Assembly (NCBI GenBank): GCA_034780895.1
Contig: JAUZTB010000066.1
Coordinates: 25,343,219 to 25,406,359 of the forward strand
DNA: 63,141 nt
Direction: 5' to 3'
Source of the DNA: Rhynchobatus australiae
Lineage: Eukaryota
Below, piece after piece: positions 12,373 through 23,140 of this stretch (position 1 is its first letter; each line of letters starts with the position of its first letter). Under the pieces are notes generated by a model that was not told the DNA's origin, ran no database searches, and was given only the letters and a program-made list of their open reading frames with translations. The position numbers and the translations under genes were made by a program.

Positions 12373-13685
12373 ATAAGATACCAGAAAACTGGAGGGTGGT
12401 TAGTGTGCCTTTTATTCAAAGGCTGCAAGGACAAGCGAGGAAACCTCAAGCCAGTGAGGCTAACATCAGTGGCGGGGAAGTTACTGGAGGGGATTCTGAC
12501 AAACAAGATCTACCAGCATTTGGAAAGGAAAAGACTGACTAGAGATAGTCAGCATAGCTTCATGCATGGGAAATCATGTCTCATGAATTTGATTTGAGTT
12601 GTTTGAAGAGGTGACAGAGGCAGGGCAGTAGATATAGTCTATGTGGACTTTAGCAAAGCTTTTGACAAAAGTCCTGCATGGTAAAGACTGGTCTGGAAGG
12701 TGAGATCAAATGGAATCCTGGTGAGCTATCTAATTGGATACTAAATTGGCTTGGTGGATGGAGGCAGAGGGTGTTAGTGGAGGGTTGTTTTTCAGATTCA
12801 GTGGTCTGTGACCAGTGGTGTGCCGCAGGGATTGCTGCTGGGTCCCATGTTGTTTGTCATCTATATTAACAATTTGGATGACAATGTTGTTAATGTGGTT
12901 AATAAGTTTGCCAGCAGTACCAAAATTGATAGTGTAGTGGCTGGTGAGAGGCTTTATCTAAGTTTGCAAGTGGATGAGGGCCAGAGAATGGCAAATGGAA
13001 ATTTAATTTGGACAGATGTAAGGTGTTGCACTTTGGTAAATTAAACCAGGATAGGACTTGCACAGTAAAGGGTATGGCCAGGGAAATTAATGGAGAACAA
13101 AAGGACCTAGGGGTACCAGTACATAGCCTGCACTTGAAATACTGTGTTCAATTCTGGTCGCCTGGGTGTAGGAAGAATGTGATTGAGCTAGAAAGGGTGC
13201 AGAAAAGATTCACAAGGATGTTACTAGGACTGGGGGACTTGAGCTATGAGGAGAGACTGGATAGGCTGGGTCTTTCTTTTCCCCTGGAGTGTAGGAGGCT
13301 GAGGGGTTTCTGTGGGGAGTGTGAGCGGCTGGGGGTTTCTGTGGGGAGTGTGAGGGGCTGGGGGTTTCTGTGGCGAGTGTAAGGGGCTGCGGGTTTNNNN
13401 NNNNNNGAGAACTAATGAGCGAAGGTTTAAGGTGAGAGGAGAAAGCTTTAAAAGGGATCTGAGAGGCAATTTTTTTTTCACACAGTGGGAAGTGGTTATA
13501 TGGAACAAGCTGCCAGAGGAAATGGTAGGGGCGGGTACAATTACAACATTTAAAAGATATTTAGACAGGTACATCAAACGAAAGATTTAGTGGGATGCAG
13601 GGGAATGGGACTAACTCAAGTCAACAATTTGGTTGGCATGGATGAGTTGAGCCAAAGGGCCTGTTTCTGGGCTGTATAACTCTGA
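12373..13685 (+). mobile_element. CR1-like LINE, 5'-truncated RT region and 3' tail
   Basis: PENWR, PVRLTSVAGKLLEGI, SQHSFMHGKSCLMNL, DFSKAFDK, SGVPQG..LGPMLFVIYINNLD, LERVQKRFTRML; frameshifted. Confidence 0.9.
13286..13396 (+). repeat. G-rich 29-bp minisatellite inside CR1
   Basis: About 3.8 copies of GGAGTGTGAGGGGCTGGGGGTTTCTGTGG, running into an N gap. Confidence 0.85.
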
Positions 13686-14049
13686 CTGTAGTTATCACCC
13701 TTTGAGTTTCTCTGTACTCTGGAAATTGGACTCTTGGTGGAATTCTTTCAATAGAAATAGATGGTGTTATTAGCAGACCTAAAACTTCCTGATCATGGGA
13801 TGAGGGAATCATAGTTTGTTTATATTGTAGAATAGTAATGTGATAATAAGCTATCTTTAATGTTGCAAGTGTCTGTATCACAGAGTTCTGTAGTCTCTGC
13901 ATTGTTGACACTGCTGGTGTTGGATTCCAACCTTTTGCAACTCATTCATTCCAGGTGATCTAAAGAAATGACTGGTAGTATTAGAACAAAAAACTGAGAC
14001 CAGACAATATCTTGATTGTAGCTTTGAAAGTGCAAACCGTGAGTTGAGT

Positions 14050-14280
14050 TGTCTAGTGTAGTTACTGGCACCTATCGACAATGTGGAATGTCACCTAGGT
14101 GAGTCCTGTCCACAAAAAAAGCAAGGCCTCCAATCTGGCTATTTGCTGCCCAATCTGTATCTTATCAATCATAAACAAAGCAATGGTAGGTGTATCACTG
14201 ACATTGTCAAGTAATATTTCCCCAATGCACAGGTTTCATTTTGCCAGGACCATTATGCTCCAGACCTCATTTCAAAGAAA
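14050..14280 (+). mobile_element. Degraded LINE RT fragment
   Basis: SPVHKKSKASNLAICCPICILSIINKAMVGV resembles the PVHKK..SNPANYRPISLLSIISKVME RT motif. Confidence 0.6.
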
Positions 14281-14984
14281 ACTGTACAAGCAGGAGATTA
14301 GCCTGAGCTTCATTTTGAGATTTTTAAATGAACAGGTTGTTTGTAAAATGGGATGCTGAACCATAGAACAATACAGCACAAAATGACTGGTAGTAGTAAT
14401 TGAAGGGCCTTCAGTTACTACTACCAGCTATTTCTTTATATCACCTGGAATGAATGAGTTGCAAAAGGTTGGAATCCAACACCAGCAGTGTCAATACAGG
14501 CCCTGAATGAGTAACTAAATTATTAATTGAAAATAAATTGTTATTTTGCAACTGTGATATGTAGTTGGATAATGATATCTTTGCAATCCTTAAAAGGCCA
14601 TGGGAAACTTTGAATATGCTGCTACAGTGAACTATGGATGTTCAAATTGAAATGGCTTCATGGACAAGGGACAAAAAGAGCCATTTTGTTTTTAAATATT
14701 TGTTACATTGTATTGTAGCATCTCCCTTAATCCAAGCTATGATTTTTAAATCCTTTCTTGGAACAAATTACCAGAAAGATTAAACGTCATTTTCTATTGG
14801 AGGCAAAGATTCAAGGATGTGATTTTTGTAATTTGAGTTTATTGTGCTGTGGTAAAAGAAAGCAGTTTGGTCTGTTGATTCTAGAGATTGATTTGTATTA
14901 TAAGCTTATTTGGGAGACAATGCAGGGTCTGGGCATTTGATTCCTTGCACCTATTGGACATCTGGAGTGGAGCTTTGTAAGGCT

Positions 14985-15070
14985 CTTTTGATTTGTCTCT
15001 GGAGCGGGACATGAACCTAGAACCTTTTTTACTTGGGTGAGAGAACTATCAATTGAGCCATGGCAGATGT
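14985..15070 (-). mobile_element. Old tRNA-derived SINE head
   Basis: tctctggagcgggacatgaacc...caattgagcca reads as a reverse-complement tRNA-like A/B-box head. Confidence 0.45.
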
Positions 15071-15224
15071 AGATGGAGGACTGTGTTTTTAAAAAAAATT
15101 ATTGAAAACCACTGGTTGTTGCAGGTCTGATGCTAACTAATATGTCTTTGTTTTCATTCACTTAGGTATTATTACGAGTGAACAAGCAACCACAGCTTTC
15201 CTAACAACGTAACTGATTGAGACC

Positions 15225-15239
15225 ATGGGGACAGAGACT
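15225..15239 (+). CDS. MTMR4: Putative alternative start exon, coding part MGTET (whole exon 15166-15239)
   Basis: Branch-like TGCTAAC 15131-15137, pyrimidine tract and CTTAG acceptor ending 15165, strong Kozak GACCATGG, GTAAGT donor at 15240. Phase 0, in frame with exon 34407. Confidence 0.65.
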
Positions 15240-15369
15240 GTAAGTTCTGGATGAACTAATTCTGGTTTCTCCAGTTTCATCCTTTTTAAAGCTAGAAATT
15301 TATGAATGTGGCTCAAAATGTAAGGGGGAGAAAGTGAAGGGGAGCAGCACAATGATGCATCTAGCAGAG

Positions 15370-15800
15370 CAGCTGTTCAGCAACTTGCATTCAATCCTGA
15401 TCTTTGGTGCGGTCTGCGTGAGTTTGCAAGTTCGCTCTATGTCTGCATATGCTTTCCCTCCCAAGTGCTCTGGTNNNNNNNNNNNNNNNNNNNNNNNNNN
15501 NNNNNNNNNNNNNNNNNNNNNNNNNNNNNNNNNNNNNNNNNNNNNNNNNNNNNNNNNNNNNNNNNNNNNNNNNNGTTCGCTCTATGTCTGCATATGCTGT
15601 CCCTCCCAAGTGCTCTGGTTTGATTCCACGTCCCAAAGATGTGTGGTTTAATAGATTAATTGATCACTAAATTGTCCCTAGTGTGTGTGAGATTCTAGAG
15701 CAGGTTTATTGGTATGTGGAGGGAATAAAATGGGATTGGTGTAAATGGGTGCTTCAGTGTTGGCATGGATTCTGGGCTGAAGGGGCTGTCTCTCTGCTAA
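15370..15800 (+). mobile_element. HE1/V-SINE-like SINE (gap inside)
   Basis: gagtttgca.gttc...tgctctggttt...ccacgtcccaaagatgtg...taaattgtccctagtgtg core. Confidence 0.65.
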
Positions 15801-16299
15801 ATGGCTCAATATAAAAGGGAGGCAGAAATGTGAAAGATGGGAAAAGGACAGAACATTAGCAGAGCAATTATTTTTACTGACTCAAGCTCCAGGGACTTGT
15901 GTTCATTCCTGATTGCAGGTAATGCCTTTGTGGAATTTGGACGTGTTCCTCTTGACCTCATGAGTTTCTCCCAGGGCTACAAGAAAATAAGGAAAAGAAA
16001 TATTAATATAATGAATTGCTCTGTTAGAAGCCAACATATACTAAGTGGGACAAATGGCTTCCTTTTGTACCATAACAAATAAATAAAAAAGACCATTCTG
16101 ACAAACAAAGCAATAACTTGTGTAAACATAAAATTGAGGATGGTTGAGGTTAGAAGGAGCAGATCAAATTTGGTTGTTTAAGTCCTGTGATCAAACCAAA
16201 CATCAGTTTAGAAGGTGCTTTGGGCTACAGGAGCTCGGAGTTGCCATTGACCTTGCGTGATCTGAAGCAGATTTAGTATTTTGATGAAAAAAATTGTTG

Positions 16300-17250
16300 T
16301 TTGGGCTGAACTCACTAGGTCAAGCAGAGTCTATGGAGGGAAATAAATAGTCAACTCTTTGGGTTGAGACCCTTCATCAGGAATGGAAAGGAAGAGGGCA
16401 GAAGCCAGAATAAGGTCAGGGGAGGAGGAGGAGGAACACGAGCTGGCAGGTGTTAGGCAAGCCCAGGTGAGAGGGGGACGGTAGGTGGGTGGGGAAGGGG
16501 TATGAAAATGAGTGTTGTAGGAAGCTGAAAAGTGATTGGTAGAATATGCATAGGTCTGGAGGAGGGGGAATTCAGTAGGACAGGGTAGTAGACCATAGAA
16601 AAAAGGGAAGGATATGGGGAATAGGTGGGCAGATCATGAGGTCAGGGAGGGGAAAGAGAGTGGGTAAGTGGTCCTTAGGAATAAGGGAAAACGAGGGGGT
16701 GGAGAAAAGTGGAGGGGTTACCCGAAATTAGAAATCGATGTTGAGGCCGTCTGGTTAGAGACTACCAAGGCAGAATATGAGGTGTTCCTCCAACTTGCGT
16801 CTGGCCTCAACATGGCAGTAGAGGAGGCTGTGGATAGACGTGTCATTATGGGAGTGTGATGTGGAACTGAAATGAGTGGCCACCGGGAGGTCCTGACTTT
16901 TGCAGCGGACGGAGTGAAGGAGCTTGAAGAAGCGGTCACCCAATCTGCGTCAAGTCTCGCTGATGTAGAGGATGGAGCACCAGATGCAATAAGTAACACC
17001 CTTAAATTCACAGTTGAAGTGCTGCCTTACCTGGAAGGACTGTCTAGGGCCCTGAATGGTGGTGAGGGAGGAGGTATAGGGATAGGTGTAGCACTTTGTG
17101 CAGTTGCAGGGATAAGTGCCAGGAGGATCATCAATGGGCAGGGATGATCTCCACTTCCACAGGGATCGCTCCCTCTGCAACTCCCTCGTCCACTCATCCC
17201 TCCCCACAAGGGAGTCACAGAGGGAGTGATCCCTGTGGAAAGTGGAGATT
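16300..17250 (-). mobile_element. Penelope-like element 3' part: GIY-YIG endonuclease remnant and terminal repeat
   Basis: Minus frames give CNCTKCYT..FQVRQHFNC..VTYCIWC..LYISET, GDRF..H...PVATHF...LEEHLIFCLGSL. Terminal repeat with CTGATGA at ~16350-16385. Confidence 0.85.
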
Positions 17251-18029
17251 GTCCCTCCCCCTCTCCTACCAGATTCCTCTTTCCCCCAGCACTTTGCTCC
17301 TTCTATCCATTACCTCTCCGCTNNNNNNNNNNNNNNNNNNNNNNNNNNNNNNNNNNNNNNNNNNNNNNNNNNNNNNNNNNNNNNNNNNNNNNNNNNNNNN
17401 NNNNNNNNNNNNNNNNNNNNNNNNNNNNNNNNNNNNNNNNNNNNNNNNNNNNNNNNNNNNNNNNNNNNNNNNNNNNNNNNNNNNNNNNNNNNNNNNNNNN
17501 NNNNNNNNNNNNNNNNNNNNNNNNNNNNNNNNNNNNNNNNNNNNNNNNNNNNNNNNNNNNNNNNNNNNNNNNNNNNNNNNNNNNNNNNNNNNNNNNNNNN
17601 NNNNNNNNNNNNNNNNNNNNNNNNNNNNNNNNNNNNNNNNNNNNNNNNNNNNNNNNNNNNNNNNNNNNNNNNNNNNNNNNNNNNNNNNNNNNNNNNNNNN
17701 NNNNNNNNNNNNNNNNNNNNNNNNNNNNNNNNNNNNNNNNNNNNNNNNNNNNNNNNNNNNNNNNNNNNNNNNNNNNNNNNNNNNNNNNNNNNNNNNNNNN
17801 NNNNNNNNNNNNNNNNNNNNNNNNNNNNNNNNNNNNNNNNNNNNNNNNNNNNNNNNNNNNNNNNNNNNNNNNNNNNNNNNNNNNNNNNNNNNNNNNNNNN
17901 NNNNNNNNNNNNNNNNNNNNNNNNNNNNNNNNNNNNNNNNNNNNNNNNNNNNNNNNNNNNNNNNNNNNCCACCCCTTAATGCAGGGTCATCTATATACAA
18001 TGATGAGAACATAAGAGTTTAATATGGGA

Positions 18030-19175
18030 AAGTGTGAGGTTAAACACTTAAGTAAGAAGAATATAAAGGCAGACTACTAACTAAATGGAGAAAGATTGCA
18101 TATGAGAAAAGTACAGAGGGATCTGGGTGTTCTTGTGCATGAAACAAAAAATTATTGGGTAGGTACAACAAATGGTTAGGAAAGCAAATGGCACATTTGC
18201 CTTTTATTGCAAGGGGTTTGGAGTTTAGGAAAATGGAAGTATTATTACAATTATACTGACTTCTTAAAGTATTGTGGAAGTCCTGATGGTTTATCATCTG
18301 GCTCAACAAGTGTTCTTTACTTTGATCTCTTCTGTCTCACCAGGGACCTGATTCCTGCAGTCCCTTAAAACTTGTTCACAGGGAATTTTATTATAATACT
18401 GCACTACATATTTTTTTTAAAAAAACAAAAAAATGTTTTGGGTTATGATTAAGAATAACATCCAATGTCCCAAGAGTGTGCTAGATTATCAATCAGAGAT
18501 TTACAATTAATGACATTGGAGGTAGTCCAAAAGAGATTCACTGGGCTAATTCCTAAGATGAGAAGTTTGTCCTATCCTGAGCAACTAAAGAAATTAAATC
18601 TGTATTCTTTGGAGTTTAGAAGAATGAGAAGTGGTGTTATTGAAATGTAAAAGATCCTGAGGGTTCATGGCAGGAAAGATATTGAGAGATTTCCATTAGT
18701 GGGAGAATCTTGACCGAGGGGACATGTTAGGAAACAGTCATTTAGTACTGAGGTGCGTAGGATTTTTTTTGCAGAGGGTGGTGAATTCTCCATCCCTGAA
18801 AGTTGTGGAGGTTGGATGCTTGAAGGTATTTAAACACAAAACAGATATATTTTTGACAGATCAAAGAAGTGGAGGTTATGGGGAGATGNNNNNNNNNNNN
18901 NNNNNNNNNNNNNNNNNNNNNNNNNNNNNNNNNNNNNNNNNNNNNNNNNNNNNNNNNNNNNNNNNNNNNNNNNNNNNNNNNNNNNNNNGTTGTGGAGGTT
19001 GGATGCTTGAAGGTATTTAAACACAAAACAGATATTTTTTTGACAGGTCAAAGAAGTGGAGGTTATGGGGAGATGGTACAGAAGAGGAGATGAGGCCTGG
19101 GGCTGATCAGCCATGATTATATTGAATGGTGGGGCTGAGTGGCCTGCTTCTGCTCCTATGTTCTTGTATTCCAAT
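18030..19175 (+). mobile_element. CR1-like LINE 3' fragments
   Basis: LEVVQKRFTGLIPKM..LNLYSLEFRRMR; tail gatcagccatgat...tgctcctatgttc. Confidence 0.8.
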
Positions 19176-22100
19176 ATCATTAGGCTATTTAGAAAGGAAG
19201 ATAGGGCTGAGCAAATAACCTTTCATCTTGCTAGTTTCCAAATTTGCTCATTTGAGCATTCTGATTTTGTACTTAATACCTTTCTAGTGTTTACTCTCTC
19301 AGCATTTATCACCTTTTGAATATTTCTTTATAAAATTTTATTTGCCTTTTTTCCTCCCTTGCATTGAAATTGCTTTGCCTTTTATCTGTATCATTTTTTT
19401 CAGAATGGTCTTTCTGAATTGTTGAATCTGGCCCCTCTGTCATCATTGTCAATTTCCTTTACATTGGGAATAGCAGTTCTTTTTTATTGTCTTCAATGGC
19501 CAAGATCTGTAAGATCATGACCAAAACTGATAACAAGATCATGGCTGACTGAAATATTGATACAAATTTCCTGTCTTTTTAATATTTTATAATATATTTT
19601 ATAGAATGCTGTTCACTTCATTTGCTTCACTGTGTTTTCTGGATATTCATGTGGTATTGTTTGAATGTTAGTTTAATTCCTTCATTATGTATGTAAGTCT
19701 CCTATGACAACATTACACTTAATCAGTAGGTTGATGCAAAATCATAAGCTCTACAGCTTTTCAATAACTTATCAAAAATATTCCTGGCATGGCGTGAGAA
19801 CTCAATTCCAGGCACTGAACTGGACATGCAGTTCTCGTTCAATGAATGAAATCGCTAGAGAAAGATTTTTTCGTTTGTGCAATGAAGTATTGGGAGTCTG
19901 AGAGGAATAGATAATGAAAGATGGGTGGATAAATTGTAGAAAAGTAAATATGCAATGGTTGGAAAGTGGTAGTGACTCTGAAATCTTGTTTTCTGTCTTA
20001 AATTGAGCTAAGGGTATTGATATAAAATGCAGTTTAAGAGATGAGAGCCAGTGTATAATGAAAAGGCATAAGCAGCAGAAATTGCTGCATCTGGAAGTGA
20101 ACAAAGAACTTAATGCAAAATTAACTCACTGGGTGCTTTCATGTTGAGATGAATAGACTAGTCAAAAATTAAAATAAGCCTTTCTAAAGATGGAGATAAA
20201 AAATCCTTTCGACAAACACTTAAACCATTCAATTATTCTTTCCAGACGAATGGGTCTTCTTCAGCTTTATGCTCTGTTACAACAACGACATTGATACAGT
20301 ATTTATCTTATCTGTTTTTTCATTTGTATGCAATTAATATTTTTCTGCAAAGTATTTTGAATGCCGTTATGTTGTCTATTTATTTTGTTCGGTTCACTCT
20401 TAACTTCCAACTGTTGCTTTAATTCCACTGCATCTCAGTTTTCTATCATTGGTACATTTGTATAATAGTCATAGTGTAACTTTTTGTTGAAATATTCTGA
20501 CTGCTGGTAGGGAAGTAGCCTAGAGACACTTATTCTTTATGGATTCCTTGGCACACACTCAAAAAAAAATTGTGTATTAATTACTTTTGTTCTGATTTTG
20601 ATGCCTCTACGAGTGAAGTAGAGAAAAGCTATGTTAAAATAGAATCTAAATTGGAGTGGGACAAAGCCAGAATTGATTGGAATGATTGGAAAACATTTTG
20701 CAGAAAAACAGGATAAAAATAAGTGAGAATGACCTTTGGAAATGAAACTACATAATTTTTAAATTGATTTGGAGATGCAATTAAAAGAAAGCTAAGGAAA
20801 GCTAAATTTGTGTTTGTTTGGCTTTTTGTGCATTTGCCAATATGGGAGTTTTAAGTGTCTGAAATGCTTATTTTATCAAATCTTCTGTGCTGTCGGGTAG
20901 AAATATGCTGGGTTCAAATGCACAAGTGATGAAGGGAATTTGTCTCTTTTATTGTGTTAGTGATTGAAATTTGGACAAAAGTAACCCCTCATTATCTACA
21001 GCTTTATCATGTCATCGGAAGAGAATTTTGTTTTATTTCAATAGTTTTAAGAAGGGTGCATTCTCTTTATTCTTGGATACACCAATGCAGCATATAATGG
21101 CTGTGACCGCCACTTCGAAGTTTAAAAGTTGATTGTGCTTGATTTCTTATGTGCAGCAGAAACAGCAATAAAAGACTACAGACTTTACTATGTACACGTG
21201 AATGAATGGTTAATATATTGCAGAGAGGGTTGCACTTATTCTCTTTATAATCAGTAAATTAGAAAATAACCTTATTCCAGGAGGGCGCCTAGTTGCTCTT
21301 TGAAAAAGTGTTAACATTCAGATGTGGTTAATCAGACTCCATGCATTTACCTCCTTTGCACTTTGCGGCTACTTCTGATCAATGTCACTATAAATTTGCT
21401 CAGAGACAGTGAAAGCTTCATGGATTATAATTGGCTGCCTCTACTTGAAAGTACAAATCTAATTGACTATTTAATTCATGAGGTTTGGCCATTTAAGCAT
21501 TCAATGAAATGATAGCTTTTGTGTTGATCCATTGAGTTTGTGAAACAATTTCGCAAGTGGAAAGTTTGTTTAAGAAATGAGTATCACCTTGGTGTGCTAA
21601 ATGTGTATGTCTGCATTGGGATTAAACACAGTACTTCAAAGGTTTGTGAAATCTGGCAAAGTAGCACCATCACATATTAACCACAGATTCATGTGCTAAA
21701 AATGGACGTGCATTCTTGTCAGGAGCTGTGTGCAGGGTGCTGGTAAGTGAGTCAGCTTTGAAGACCTTTTCCCCATAGCAGCTACAGCATAGCTGCTGAA
21801 AGAACTGCCATGGAAGTATGGAAAAACTTGAGGGATGGCAATCTCCTTTGTGTCTGGCCTGCTTGACACTTGACCCATGAGTTTTCCCAAGCCGCTGTAA
21901 GGAGCAGGCTGATAAAGGGGCCCATTGAATGCAGCATGCAGCTTAGAAGTAATCTGAATAAAGAAGTTGTGATCAGTGAATGGGGCACCAGTAAATCAAT
22001 GGAGGTGATTAGACCATTGAAAGATGTGCACAAGACATCAATGTTACATGGTAGACCCTTTTAATTGTTCTTTCTTTTTTGAACCATGTGTGGTGCCCCA

Positions 22101-22359
22101 TATATTTCTGTGAGTAAACAGTGAAGATAGTAGGCTACACACAAAATCATCAATGCCTGCATATAATGGAAGAAATGAGTGCTTTAGGGTACATGCCGTT
22201 CAGTGTGCAACTGATGATGGGCAAATGCTAGCTACCCTAAGGGATTTGTACATGCAAGTGTGCAGATCAGTTTCCTGATGTGCAGGATTTTCACCCGGGG
22301 AGTCCAGTAACATTATAAACTATAAGCTAAACTGGTTTTGCACTTTGATAAGCTTAAAA

Positions 22360-23140
22360 TCTGTTCTCAAGATGAGGCCTTCCACTCCAGGACATGAGAA
22401 TTCGCTCCTTTTTTAGAAAACAGGGTTTTCTCCCCACACCCCTGCTGTTACTGAAGGAGCCCTCACCTGCATCTCTTTATTTCCTGCAATCACCCCATTT
22501 CTTCCCCTCCCCCAAACGACAAAACAAGGACAGAGTTCCCCAGGTCCTCTCCTATCACCCCACCAGCCTACATATCAGCAAATCATTCTTTGCAACTTCT
22601 ACAACATGATCCCGTCACCAGCCACATCTTCCCCTCCCCATTCCTTTCTGCTTTCTGCAGGGGTCACTCTCTCTAACTTCCTGGTTCACTCTCCCCTGTA
22701 ACCGTAAGAAGTGTAACCTGTCGCTACAACGCCCTCCCCACCATCCAGGGCTCTAAACAGCCTTTCCAGGTGAGGCAGTCATTCACATGCAAATCCTATG
22801 GCCTTGTTTATTGCATCTGGTGCTCCTCTACGTGGCCGCCTCTACATCGGTGAGACCGGATGCATACTGGGCAACTGCTTCGCCAAGCACCTACGCTCCC
22901 TCTGCCGTGGCTGTCTGAACTCATGGTTGCCAGCCATTTTAGTCTCACTCCACCCCCTCTGGGAGGGGGAACCATTGGGAGGAATGTGTGGGTGATGGGC
23001 AGACTGAGGGTGGGGCAGAGTAAAGAGCAAGGGCAATAGGGGCCAGTTGGATCAGGGGGATAAAAAGGAGGAAAGAGATGGAGGGGGAGCAGTTATCAGA
23101 AGTTCGAGAATTCAATGTTCATGCTGCTAGGTTGGAGACC
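22360..23140 (+). mobile_element. Penelope-like element fragment with inverted 3' end
   Basis: Plus strand: QNKDRVPQVLSYHPTSL, LYIGETGCILGNCFAKHLRS (GIY-YIG). Minus strand ~23090-23140 gives LQPSSMNIEFSNF*. Confidence 0.8.

Noticed and set aside
12315-13382. Reverse-transcriptase ORFs as a functional or domesticated gene
   Set aside because: Fragmented by stops and frameshifts with a degenerate catalytic motif; ordinary dead CR1 copy.
13286-13396. CRISPR-like array (also 28379-28720)
   Set aside because: Head-to-tail repeats without unique spacers, no cas genes, vertebrate context.
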